Shown here piece after piece: positions 28,273 through 37,993 of a stretch of 64,000 nucleotides of DNA (position 1 is its first letter; each line of letters opens with the position of its first letter). The stretch is from a bacterium (GTDB lineage: Bacteria; JACRDZ01; JAQUKH01): positions 1-64,000 of the forward strand of contig JAQUKH010000009.1 of assembly GCA_028719205.1 (NCBI GenBank), written 5' to 3'. The notes beneath the pieces were generated by a model. The model was not told the DNA's origin, made no database searches, and saw only the letters and a program-made list of their open reading frames with translations. Position numbers and translations under genes: made by a program.

Positions 28273-31200
28273 ATGGTCAAAATAACAATAGATGGTAAAG
28301 AGGTTCTTGTTCCTGAAAATATAAATATTTTAGAGGCCGCGCAGCAGGCCGGTATTTATATACCTAAATTATGTTTTCATAGCAAACTAAGCCGGTACGG
28401 GGCCTGCAGGGTCTGTCTGGTTAAGATAGAAGGGGTTCCAAAATTATCGGCCGCTTGCGCTGTTATGTGTACGGAAGGAATGATCATAACTACTGATACC
28501 CCTGAGATAAATAAACTTAGAAAAACTGTAGTTGAACTTATGCTTTTGTATCATCCTCTGGATTGCCTGGTTTGCGATAAGGGCGGGGAGTGTGAGCTTC
28601 AGACTCTGACATTCAAGCTGGGAGTTACGGAAGACCGGTTCAAAATGCATTTCCAGAAATATGAGAGAATTGATGTTAATCATCTTATCGCGCGGGATAT
28701 GAAAAAATGTATTCTTTGCGGTAAATGTGTCAGGGTTTGTGATGAGATCCGCGGGAGGGGTGCGATCGGTTACACTTATCGCGGTTTTAATACCCGTGTA
28801 GATTTTCCATTCGGCCGTGTTTCGAATTGTGAGGTTTGCGGGCAGTGCCTTGCGGTCTGTCCTGTCGGAGCTTTGGCACCGCGATTTTCTGAATATGAAG
28901 CAAGGCCGTGGGAAATGAAACAGGTGAAAAGCATATGCCCTTATTGCGGATGCGGCTGTACGGTTATTTTAGATACTAAAGAAAATAAGATTGTAAGGAT
29001 CTCTTCTAAAGAAGGGCTTGGTGTTAATGACGGGAAGGTATGCGCGAAGGGCAGATTCGGGTATGATTTTGTAAATAATAAGTTCAGGTTAAAATATCCC
29101 CTGGCAAAAAAAGACGGGATGTTTGTTCCTGTGACATGGGATGAAGCATTAGATTTAATTGCCAATAATTTTAAGGAAATAACAGAAAAATACGGCAGTG
29201 ATAAAATTGGCGGCATTGGATCAAACCGGGTTACAAATGAAGAAAGTTATTTATTCCAGAAATTCATGCGGGCAGTCTTAAAGACAAATAACGTAGACAG
29301 CCAGATAAGAATCGAACACGCGGCTTCTTTCAAGGCATTAACTGATAGTTTTGGGTATGGAGCGGCTACTAATACCATACCGGAGATAGAAAATACAAAG
29401 GTTATTTTATTAATAGGAACAGATACTACTGAGACTATGCCTATTATTGGATTAGCAATTAAAAAAGCCATTAGAGCGAACAAGGCAAAATTAATTGTTA
29501 TTAACAGCCGCGAGATCGACCTGACAAAGTTTTCAGAAATGTGGTTTCAGGTAAAACCCGGGATAGAGCTTTTACTGCTTTCAGCCATGTTAAAGATAAT
29601 AATTGATGAGAAACTTTATAACGTGTCTTTTGTGGAAAAACGGACAGAAGATTTTGAAAAGGTAAAAATTAAACTCGAAAAATTATCCCTGGATAATGTG
29701 CAAAATGTAGCGGGGATCAGCAAGGAAAAAATTCAGGAGGCGGCAAGGCTTTACGCGGGCGCGGAAAGCGCGATGGTGATTTTCGGCCTTGAATTTGTTT
29801 TGCAGGAAAGAGCAGTTGATAACGTTTACACGCTGGTCAATCTGGTACTTGCATGCGGCCATATAGGTAAAGAAAATAACGGGATCATTCCCCTGCGCCA
29901 GACAAATAACGGCCAGGGAACTACAGATATGGGTGTTCTCCCGGATTATCTTCCCGGATATCAGTCAATATATTCTTCTTCAGTAAAAAATGATTTTGAA
30001 AAAAAGTGGAATACAAAACTTCCGGTTAATGTCGGTTTGACTGCCACAGAGATGATCCAGGCTATTCCTGAAGGGAAAATAAAGGGAATGTATATTGTCG
30101 GCTGTAATCCCGCGGTCTCCCATCCAAACGCGATACAAGTGGAAGAAAATTTAAAATCACTGGATTTTCTTGTTGTGCAGGATATATTTCTTTCTGAAAC
30201 AGCAAAGCTTGCGGATGTTGTTCTGCCCGCGGTAAGTTTCGCGGAAAAGGAAGGGACATTTACTAATACTGAGCGCAGGGTCCAGAAAATAAATAAGGCT
30301 ATAAAATCTTCCGCTGAAACCAGGCCGGATTGGAAAATAATCGTAAATCTGGCTATGAAGTTCGGATATGTAATGGAATATCTTTCAATAGAAGAAATAT
30401 TCCAGGAAATGACAAGCCTGGTTCCTATTTATAGAGGAATAACCTATTCAAGGCTTGAAGAAAAAGAACCTATATACTGGCCATGTGTTTCTCTGGAAGA
30501 TAAAGGCACGAAAATTTTATATCTGGACAGTTTTGAACGTGGAAAAGCAAAGTTTCATCCTGTTGAATATAAATATTCTACTTCACAGCCGACATTGCAT
30601 TTTCCTTACCGTATTATCACTAACGGTACCTTATTCCATCATAGAAGCGGGGTTATGACCAGAAGGTCAAAAGGAATGAGTTTTGTTGAGGAAGAGCCGA
30701 AATTATGTGTGCATCCTAATGACGCAAAGAAATTAGAGATAGAAGATAATTCGATAGTCAGGGTGGCAAGCAAGCAGGGCGAGATAGAAACTAAGGTTTT
30801 TGTTACAAATAAAGTTATGGAAGGAATGCTATTCCTGCCTTTGCACGCGAATTGGAATTCCTGTTTTAATATGCTTACTAAATCGACGCTGGATCCTTCA
30901 TCAAAGTCTCCTAATATGGAAGAAACCTTTGTGGATGTTATTCCTGTTACCAGAAAAAAAGAAATGGTGACTTTGAGCGTTAATGATAAAGAAATTACCG
31001 TTGAGCAAGGTACTACAATTCTGGAAGCCGCGAAAAAACTTGATATTTATATTCCAACACTTTGTTATCACAGTAAAATGTCTCCATTTGGCGCGTGCAG
31101 GCTTTGCCTTGTTGAGATCGAGGGAACAAATAAATTATTAGCCTCATGTATTACGCCTGTGTTAAATAACATGAAAGTTAAAACTGAGACGGATCCCGTG

Positions 31201-33639
31201 CGAAAGCTCCGGAAGATGATACTGGAACTTCTTTTAGCGAAACACCCTGTGGATTGTTTGGTTTGTGACAAAGGCGGGGAGTGTGATCTGCAGAAGCTTT
31301 CTTTTCTGTATGGTCCTGAAAGGAACCGTTTTGGCGCGCAGACACAGGAAAGTGTAACGGACGATACAAGAACATTAGTTGAACGGGATATGAGCAAATG
31401 TATTTTATGCAAGAAATGTGTCCGTGCGTGCAGTGAGATGCAGGGTGTAAATGCGATCGCGTTTTCACGAAGGGGTTTTAAGACAGAGATGGGGACGTTT
31501 TTCGGCAGGGGATTGGATTGTGAATTTTGCGGCAGATGTGTTTCTGTCTGTCCGACAGGGGCGTTAGCCAATAAGTTATCAAAACACGCCGCGCGGCCCT
31601 GGGAGATGAAAGAGTTTTCTACAATATGTTCCTACTGCGGGTGCGGGTGCAGTATGGTGTTAAATATAAAGGATAACAAGATCGTCAAGGTTACCGCTAA
31701 AGAAGGGGCAGGTATAAATAACGGAAATTTGTGCGTGAAAGGCAGATATGGTTATACCTATGTAAATGATCCGGAAAGACTGACTACGCCTTTAATTAAA
31801 AGAAGCGGGAAATTTATGCGCGCTTCATGGGAAGAGGCGATTAAATTAATAGCCTCTAAGTTTAAAACGATAAAGGAACAGGCTGGGCCGGATTCAATTA
31901 TGGGATTGGGTTCGGCATATTGCACTAATGAAGATAATTATTTGTTCCAGAAATTTATGCGGGCAGCAATTGGGACCAATAATGTTGACACAGCTTGTTT
32001 CCATTATGAACACGCGGCTTCATTAAAGGTTCTTACACAGGTGTTTGGCAGCGGTTCAATGACTAATTCTTTTAATGAAATTGCGAATGCCAAATCGATC
32101 CTTGTTATCGGAACGGATATTACAGAAACTCATCCTACATTCGCGTTAGAGGTTAAACGTGCGGTAAGAGAAAATAACGCGAATTTAATTGTTATCGATC
32201 CGAGACGCATAAAACTTACAAATATCGCCAAATTATGGCTTCGCCCGAATTATGGAACAGATGTGGCATTAATTAACGGTATTATTAATATTATTATCAG
32301 TCAGGGATTGCTGGACCAGAATTTTATTGAGAACCGGACGGAAGGATTCGAGGAATTACAGGAGACTATCAGGGAATATACACCGGAATTTGTTTCTAAA
32401 ATTACCGGTGTCGCGAAAGAAGATATTGTTAAGGCCGCGGAACTGTTTACTTCAAGCAGAAATGGCGCGGTTCTTTATGGAATGGGCGCGACACAGCATA
32501 CGTCAGGATTGCAAAATGTAGCCGCGTTAACCAATTTGATATTATTGACCGGTAATGTCGGCCGGCCGAATGTCGGGCTTTATCCGCTTCGCGGGCAAAG
32601 CAACAGCCAGGGCTCCTGCGATATGGGAAGCATTTCTGATTTTCTTCCCGGATACCAGAAAATGAGTGATCTCGCGATGATCAAAAAGTTTGAGAAGGCA
32701 TGGAAGATTACTTTGCCTATGTGGCCCGGATTCAACCTGCCGGAAGCAGTTTCAGCTATGGAGATAGGAAAGGTAAAAGCCCTTTATATTATGGCAGGCA
32801 ATTTGAAGATGAGTTATCCTAATTCCCGCCAGATCGAGGAGAGCTTAAAAAAACTGGAATTTTTGGTAGTTCAGGATATGTTCTTAACAGAGACCGGAAA
32901 AATGGCGGATGTAATTTTACCCTCCTGCAGTTTCGCGGAAATAGACGGGACGTTCACTAATATGGAAAGAAGGGTACAGTTGTTAAGAAAGGCATTGCCT
33001 CCGGTTGGAGAAAGCAAGCCGAACTGGAGAATTATTTCCAATTTATCAAAGGCAATGGGTTATGATATGAATTACAGCAATTCATCTGAAATAATGGATG
33101 AGATCAATCAATTAGTGCCGATATACGGTGGTATTACGCATAAACGTTTAAATAGCCATGGGTTACAATGGCCTTGTCCGGATAAAAATCATCCAGGTTT
33201 GCAATATTTGTATAAACAAGGTTTTCCCAGTGGAAAGGCAAAATTTATTGTGGAACGGTACATACCTATGGCTGAAAAGCCGGATAGAGAATATCCGTTT
33301 TTGTTATCAACCGGAAAATCGCTTTTTCATTATCATACAGGGGTTATGACCCAAAGGTCTCAAGGGATCATGGATGTTTGTCCTGAGGGTTTTATGGAGA
33401 TAAATCCAAAAGATGCGGATATATTGAATTTGAAGGATAAAGATAAAGTTCGTGTAAAATCCAGAAGAGGGGAACTTACTGTAAAAATTATCATAACTGA
33501 TAAAACACCGGATGGCGTTGTTTTCCTTCCTATGCATTTTAAAGAAATTCCGGTTAATGTTTTAACAAACGCTGCATTAGACCCTTATTCTCATGTGCCG
33601 GAGTTTAAATCTTGTGCGGTAAAAGTAGAAAAAATTTAA
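28273..33639 (+). CDS. Tandem NuoG/formate-dehydrogenase-alpha-like fusion protein (two complete ~890-aa units)
   Basis: Each half has a 2Fe-2S site (C...GACRxC...C), HPxDCLVCDKGGEC, two ferredoxin-type 4Fe-4S sites, CxYCGCGC...C, and molybdopterin oxidoreductase and dinucleotide-binding domains. The second unit starts in frame at Met898 (nt 30964). Confidence 0.92.
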   Translation: MVKITIDGKEVLVPENINILEAAQQAGIYIPKLCFHSKLSRYGACRVCLVKIEGVPKLSAACAVMCTEGMIITTDTPEINKLRKTVVELMLLYHPLDCLVCDKGGECELQTLTFKLGVTEDRFKMHFQKYERIDVNHLIARDMKKCILCGKCVRVCDEIRGRGAIGYTYRGFNTRVDFPFGRVSNCEVCGQCLAVCPVGALAPRFSEYEARPWEMKQVKSICPYCGCGCTVILDTKENKIVRISSKEGLGVNDGKVCAKGRFGYDFVNNKFRLKYPLAKKDGMFVPVTWDEALDLIANNFKEITEKYGSDKIGGIGSNRVTNEESYLFQKFMRAVLKTNNVDSQIRIEHAASFKALTDSFGYGAATNTIPEIENTKVILLIGTDTTETMPIIGLAIKKAIRANKAKLIVINSREIDLTKFSEMWFQVKPGIELLLLSAMLKIIIDEKLYNVSFVEKRTEDFEKVKIKLEKLSLDNVQNVAGISKEKIQEAARLYAGAESAMVIFGLEFVLQERAVDNVYTLVNLVLACGHIGKENNGIIPLRQTNNGQGTTDMGVLPDYLPGYQSIYSSSVKNDFEKKWNTKLPVNVGLTATEMIQAIPEGKIKGMYIVGCNPAVSHPNAIQVEENLKSLDFLVVQDIFLSETAKLADVVLPAVSFAEKEGTFTNTERRVQKINKAIKSSAETRPDWKIIVNLAMKFGYVMEYLSIEEIFQEMTSLVPIYRGITYSRLEEKEPIYWPCVSLEDKGTKILYLDSFERGKAKFHPVEYKYSTSQPTLHFPYRIITNGTLFHHRSGVMTRRSKGMSFVEEEPKLCVHPNDAKKLEIEDNSIVRVASKQGEIETKVFVTNKVMEGMLFLPLHANWNSCFNMLTKSTLDPSSKSPNMEETFVDVIPVTRKKEMVTLSVNDKEITVEQGTTILEAAKKLDIYIPTLCYHSKMSPFGACRLCLVEIEGTNKLLASCITPVLNNMKVKTETDPVRKLRKMILELLLAKHPVDCLVCDKGGECDLQKLSFLYGPERNRFGAQTQESVTDDTRTLVERDMSKCILCKKCVRACSEMQGVNAIAFSRRGFKTEMGTFFGRGLDCEFCGRCVSVCPTGALANKLSKHAARPWEMKEFSTICSYCGCGCSMVLNIKDNKIVKVTAKEGAGINNGNLCVKGRYGYTYVNDPERLTTPLIKRSGKFMRASWEEAIKLIASKFKTIKEQAGPDSIMGLGSAYCTNEDNYLFQKFMRAAIGTNNVDTACFHYEHAASLKVLTQVFGSGSMTNSFNEIANAKSILVIGTDITETHPTFALEVKRAVRENNANLIVIDPRRIKLTNIAKLWLRPNYGTDVALINGIINIIISQGLLDQNFIENRTEGFEELQETIREYTPEFVSKITGVAKEDIVKAAELFTSSRNGAVLYGMGATQHTSGLQNVAALTNLILLTGNVGRPNVGLYPLRGQSNSQGSCDMGSISDFLPGYQKMSDLAMIKKFEKAWKITLPMWPGFNLPEAVSAMEIGKVKALYIMAGNLKMSYPNSRQIEESLKKLEFLVVQDMFLTETGKMADVILPSCSFAEIDGTFTNMERRVQLLRKALPPVGESKPNWRIISNLSKAMGYDMNYSNSSEIMDEINQLVPIYGGITHKRLNSHGLQWPCPDKNHPGLQYLYKQGFPSGKAKFIVERYIPMAEKPDREYPFLLSTGKSLFHYHTGVMTQRSQGIMDVCPEGFMEINPKDADILNLKDKDKVRVKSRRGELTVKIIITDKTPDGVVFLPMHFKEIPVNVLTNAALDPYSHVPEFKSCAVKVEKI

Positions 33640-33655
33640 AAGTGAGGTGACTAAA

Positions 33656-34126
33656 ATGACAGATGTAAAATTCATCAAGAATATTTCGATTTTTAAAGAT
33701 CTGGATGATGAAGAAGTAAAAAAAATCGCGGGCATCGCTACTGAAAAAACATATCCCGCTAAAACAGTTATTTTTACTGAGGGACAGACAGGCGCGAAAT
33801 TGTACATTGTTAAACAGGGGAGTGTTAGAATAACTAAGGTAATCCGGGAAGGGGAAAAACAGATTTTGGATATAATCGAAGAAGGGGAATATTTCGGAAA
33901 GATGTCTTTCATTGATGGCGGGGAACATTCAGCTACAGTCGAAACTGTTAAAGAATCTACATTAATATGTATTGAAAAAGCAGACTTTGAAAAATTGGCT
34001 CAGGATGATCCAGCCGGTGGTTTCAGAATAATGAAAGCATTGTCGGTTGTTACTATCGAGATATTGCGGGAAATGAATGATAAGTTTGTTGAGTTAGTAA
34101 ATTATATGTGGGGTGGAAGGAGATAG
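33656..34126 (+). CDS. Stand-alone cyclic-nucleotide-binding domain protein 1 (no HTH)
   Basis: 'IFTEGQTG..LYIV..GSV.I...FGKMSFIDG..HSATV'. RBS GAGGTG. Confidence 0.9.
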   Translation: MTDVKFIKNISIFKDLDDEEVKKIAGIATEKTYPAKTVIFTEGQTGAKLYIVKQGSVRITKVIREGEKQILDIIEEGEYFGKMSFIDGGEHSATVETVKESTLICIEKADFEKLAQDDPAGGFRIMKALSVVTIEILREMNDKFVELVNYMWGGRR

Positions 34127-34138
34127 GAGCGAAAAAAT

Positions 34139-34648
34139 ATGGTTATAGAATATGTTGCGGCTAAACAAACGAGTTTTGATACAACCAAAGCGTTAGAGAT
34201 AATAAAACAGTATAAAGGTAAACGTGGGTCATTAATTTCAGTTCTGCAAAGGATCCAGGATGCCTATGGATTTTTGCCTGAGCCGATATTGGACCTGGTT
34301 GCTGAAGGCTTGAATGTTTATCTGACAGATGTATATGGGGTAGTAACTTTTTATTCACAATTTTATTTGACGCCTCGGGGTAAAAACGTTATAAGGATTT
34401 GTCGCGGGACGGCATGCCATGTAAAGGGATCAGACAGAATTATGGAGAAATTGCTTGAAAAACTGGAAGTTAAGCCCGGGGAGATGACAAGAGACGGGAA
34501 TTTTACCATAGAAGAGGTTGCGTGCCTTGGCGCGTGCGGTATGGCGCCTGTTATGGTAATTAATAAAGATACATTTGGAGAGGTTACCACTGCTAAATCT
34601 TTAGAGATTGTTGAAAGCCACAGTGTTAACAAGGGAGAGAAAAAATGA
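34139..34648 (+). CDS. NuoE copy 2 / HydC-like subunit
   Basis: 'VYGVVTFYSQF...CRGTACHVKG...ACLGACGMAPV'. Confidence 0.93.
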   Translation: MVIEYVAAKQTSFDTTKALEIIKQYKGKRGSLISVLQRIQDAYGFLPEPILDLVAEGLNVYLTDVYGVVTFYSQFYLTPRGKNVIRICRGTACHVKGSDRIMEKLLEKLEVKPGEMTRDGNFTIEEVACLGACGMAPVMVINKDTFGEVTTAKSLEIVESHSVNKGEKK

Positions 34649-36444
34649 ATCTGGATGAAGAGATAAAAGATGATAGAGTTCAGATATTAGTTTGTCTTGG
34701 AACAGGCGGACAAGCCGCGGGCGGAGACGCGGTTATTCATAAATTTGAAGAAGAAGTAAAAAAACACCACATTGACGCGGTGGTACAAAAGCCGTGTGTT
34801 GTAAGTAAGTCAGGATGCCGCGGTCTTTGCGCGAAGGATCTGTTGGTTGATATAATTATGCCTGGAAAAGGCCAGCATACATATATGAAAGTTACTAAAG
34901 AAATGGTTGTAAGGATCGTTGAGGAAGATATCCTGCAGGGAAATCCGATCCAGGAATGGCTGGTAACGGATGATTACCATAAATTTTATGATACTCAGGT
35001 ACGTAATATATTAAGCAGGTGCGGCAAAATTGACCCTGAAAATATTGATGAATATATTTCTCATGGCGGATATAAGGCATTAAGAAAAGTATTATTTGAG
35101 ATGACTCCTGATGAAGTAATTGAGGTAATAACAAATTCTAAATTAAGAGGCCGCGGAGGAGCCGGTTTTCCTACCGGAATGAAATGGAGTTTCGCGAAGA
35201 TGGCCCAGGCCGAGCATAAATATGTTGTTGTTAACGCGGATGAAGGAGATCCGGGCGCGTTCATGGATAGGAGCGTTTTAGAGGGTGATCCGCATTCAGT
35301 AATTGAAGGATTGATAATTGCCGCATACACTATGGGCGCTACTCATGGTTATTTTTACGCGCGGGCGGAATATCCTTTAGCTATAAAAAGGCTGGGGATC
35401 GCTCTTGAACAGGCAAGAGAAAAAAATTTATTAGGGAAAAATATCCTTGGCAAAGATTTTAATTTTGATATTGAAATTAAAGAAGGCGCCGGCGCGTTTG
35501 TCTGCGGCGAGGAAACCGCATTGATGGAATCAATTGAAGGGAAAAGAGGTATGCCGAGGATCCGGCCTCCTTTTCCGGCACGCAAGGGGTTATGGGAATC
35601 TCCTACAAACATTAATAATGTCAAAACCTATGCCAATATTCCTCTTATAATTAACAAAGGCGCGGAATGGTATCTTAATTTAGGGACAAAAAAAAGCCCG
35701 GGAACCGCGATCTTCGCGCTTACAGGGAAGATCAAAAATACCGGATTGGTAGAAGTCCCGATGGGTATGACATTACGGGCAATTATTTTTGATATATGCG
35801 GCGGTATGAGCGGGAAGAACCGAAAGTTTAAGGCTGCGCAGTTGGGCGGGCCTTCAGGCGGATGCCTTCCTGAGTCTCTTTTAGATACGCCTATTGATTT
35901 TGATTCATTAACTGCTGCCGGCGCTATGATGGGTTCCGGAGGTATTGTAGTTATGGATGATACTACATGCATGGTTGACATGGCGAGATTTTTCTTACAG
36001 TTCACGCAGAATGAGTCATGTGGTAAATGCACTCCCTGCAGGATAGGAACCCGCGCCATGCTTGAGATCCTTACAAGAATAACGGAGGGCAGAGGCCAGC
36101 CGAATGATATGGATTTACTCGCGGATATGGCCGGTGATATAAAAATGGCGTCACTTTGCGGTTTAGGACAGACCGCGCCAAATCCGGTACTCAGCACCCT
36201 CAGGTATTTCCGTGATGAATATGAGGCTCACATTATAGAAAAGCGATGTCCGGCAAGTTCATGTGTTAACCTGCTGAAATTTGAAGTTAATCCGAAACTT
36301 TGCAAAATGTGCGGTATTTGTATGAAAAATTGTCCGACCCAGGCAGTTATCTGGGAAAAGAAAACTGTCGCGAGAATAGATAAACCTAAATGTATAAAAT
36401 GCAGAACCTGCATAGATGTTTGTCCGTTCAGGGCAATAGGATAA
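34645..36444 (+). CDS. NuoF copy 2 / HydB-like long diaphorase (electron-bifurcating type)
   Basis: N-terminal thioredoxin-like Fe-S domain, 'ADEGDPGAFMD', 'GAGAFVCGEETAL', 'GGPSGG', C-terminal CKMCGICMKNCP and CIKCRTCIDVCP. Confidence 0.93.
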   Translation: MNLDEEIKDDRVQILVCLGTGGQAAGGDAVIHKFEEEVKKHHIDAVVQKPCVVSKSGCRGLCAKDLLVDIIMPGKGQHTYMKVTKEMVVRIVEEDILQGNPIQEWLVTDDYHKFYDTQVRNILSRCGKIDPENIDEYISHGGYKALRKVLFEMTPDEVIEVITNSKLRGRGGAGFPTGMKWSFAKMAQAEHKYVVVNADEGDPGAFMDRSVLEGDPHSVIEGLIIAAYTMGATHGYFYARAEYPLAIKRLGIALEQAREKNLLGKNILGKDFNFDIEIKEGAGAFVCGEETALMESIEGKRGMPRIRPPFPARKGLWESPTNINNVKTYANIPLIINKGAEWYLNLGTKKSPGTAIFALTGKIKNTGLVEVPMGMTLRAIIFDICGGMSGKNRKFKAAQLGGPSGGCLPESLLDTPIDFDSLTAAGAMMGSGGIVVMDDTTCMVDMARFFLQFTQNESCGKCTPCRIGTRAMLEILTRITEGRGQPNDMDLLADMAGDIKMASLCGLGQTAPNPVLSTLRYFRDEYEAHIIEKRCPASSCVNLLKFEVNPKLCKMCGICMKNCPTQAVIWEKKTVARIDKPKCIKCRTCIDVCPFRAIG

Positions 36445-36479
36445 AAAATATAAAATAGATAGGATGAAAGGAGAAAACC

Positions 36480-36956
36480 ATGGTAGATAAAGCGGTGTTA
36501 AAAAATATTCCACTTTTTAAAAATTTGGATAATAAAGAATTGGATGTAATTGCCAAGATCGTTAAAGAGGAGGCTTACCCTTCAGAAGAGATAATTTTTA
36601 GCGAGAATATGCAGGGCGGCAGGTTATTTATTATAAAAAAGGGAACGGTTAAGATAAGTAAGACCCTAAGGGAAGGCGAGAGGCAAAATCTGAATATACT
36701 TAAGGAAAATGAGTTTTTTGGAGAATGTTCTTTTATTGATTCCAGGCCGCATTCAGCTACGGCGGAGACCTTAAAAAATACCGATTTATTTATTATAGAA
36801 AAATCAGATTTTGATAAATTAGAAGAAACTAATCCTATGTGCGGCTATAAAGTTTTAAGGACTCTGACTTTAACCATTAATGGTATTCTCCGGCAAATGG
36901 ATGAAAAATTTATTGATATGGTTAAATATGTTTGGGAATACGGAAGCAAATCTTAG
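36480..36956 (+). CDS. Stand-alone cyclic-nucleotide-binding domain protein 2 (paralog of 33656-34126)
   Basis: 'IPLFKNL...LFIIKKGTV.I...FFGECSFIDSRPHSATA'. Confidence 0.9.
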   Translation: MVDKAVLKNIPLFKNLDNKELDVIAKIVKEEAYPSEEIIFSENMQGGRLFIIKKGTVKISKTLREGERQNLNILKENEFFGECSFIDSRPHSATAETLKNTDLFIIEKSDFDKLEETNPMCGYKVLRTLTLTINGILRQMDEKFIDMVKYVWEYGSKS

Positions 36957-37912
36957 TTGTGAAAAAGATTATTTTTTCTATCCTTCGGTTTTCTGTCAGT
37001 TTTTTTCTTATTTATTTCCTGTTACGGAAGATTAATTTCCGTGAACTATCCTCGCAATTTTTAAACATTAATTATTATTTTCTATTTTTAGGTTTCACAA
37101 TTCAATTATTGACGGTTTTTGTCGGATCCTATCGATGGCAGACTTTACTTTCAGCCAGAGATATAAGAATAGGATTCAAAAAATTATTAAGTTACAGTTT
37201 TATCGGGATGTTTTTCAATTTTTTTCTGCCGGGTACTTCAGGCGGGGATTTTGTCAGAATGTACAAAGTTATTGATCATACCGAAGACAAAATGTACGCG
37301 GGAATTTCAGTTTTAGCGGAAAGGATCATAGGGACATACACTATGATCAGTTTTGTGTTTATTGCCTCTCTTTTTAGTTTTAATTTATTGCCGCATAAAT
37401 TATTAATAACAATATTTTCGGTAATAATCATGTTTTTTTGCGCTTTGATGCTTTTTATATTCCTGAAAACATGGATCATAAGTTTGATAAATAAAATGCC
37501 GGGCAAGGGAAAGACATCAGCTAAGATCAAAGAAAATGTGATAATATTTTATGAGGCAATGCATTTTTTTATTACGCACAGGCAAGTTCTTTTTAAGATA
37601 ATGATCATCTCGTTTTTTATGCAGTTTTTGTCTATAATGAGCTGTTATTTTGTCGCGAAGGCTATAGGGCTTTCTCTGTCAGTATTTTATTTTTTTATTT
37701 TCGTTCCTGTTATGTTTTTTATTACGGCAATACCTATTTCGTTAAGTGGAATTGGAGTAAGGGAGGGAGTATTTGTATATCTTTTCAGCAAAGCCGGCGT
37801 ACCTTCTGATACTGCTGTTATGATTTCCTTATTATTTTTCAGCCTGGGAGTATTAATAGGCCTGGTCGGCGGTGTGGTCCATTTTTGGTCGGATATGAGA
37901 AAAACAGATTAG
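36932..37912 (+). CDS. Lysylphosphatidylglycerol-synthase TM / flippase-like membrane protein
   Basis: 'YRWQ.LL', 'FFNFFLPGTSGGD..R', 'IPISLSGIGVREG'. True start is probably GTG near 36959. Confidence 0.85.
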   Translation: MGIRKQILVVKKIIFSILRFSVSFFLIYFLLRKINFRELSSQFLNINYYFLFLGFTIQLLTVFVGSYRWQTLLSARDIRIGFKKLLSYSFIGMFFNFFLPGTSGGDFVRMYKVIDHTEDKMYAGISVLAERIIGTYTMISFVFIASLFSFNLLPHKLLITIFSVIIMFFCALMLFIFLKTWIISLINKMPGKGKTSAKIKENVIIFYEAMHFFITHRQVLFKIMIISFFMQFLSIMSCYFVAKAIGLSLSVFYFFIFVPVMFFITAIPISLSGIGVREGVFVYLFSKAGVPSDTAVMISLLFFSLGVLIGLVGGVVHFWSDMRKTD

Positions 37913-37993
37913 GCAAAAAAATATCTTGCCAAAAAATCCGGTCTGGTAGTATGATATCTCTATAAAAAATAGTATCATAAGCAGGGAGAAAAT

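Noticed and set aside
28273-33639. Selenocysteine-containing formate dehydrogenase
   Set aside because: No in-frame TGA; both ligand positions are GAA (Glu).
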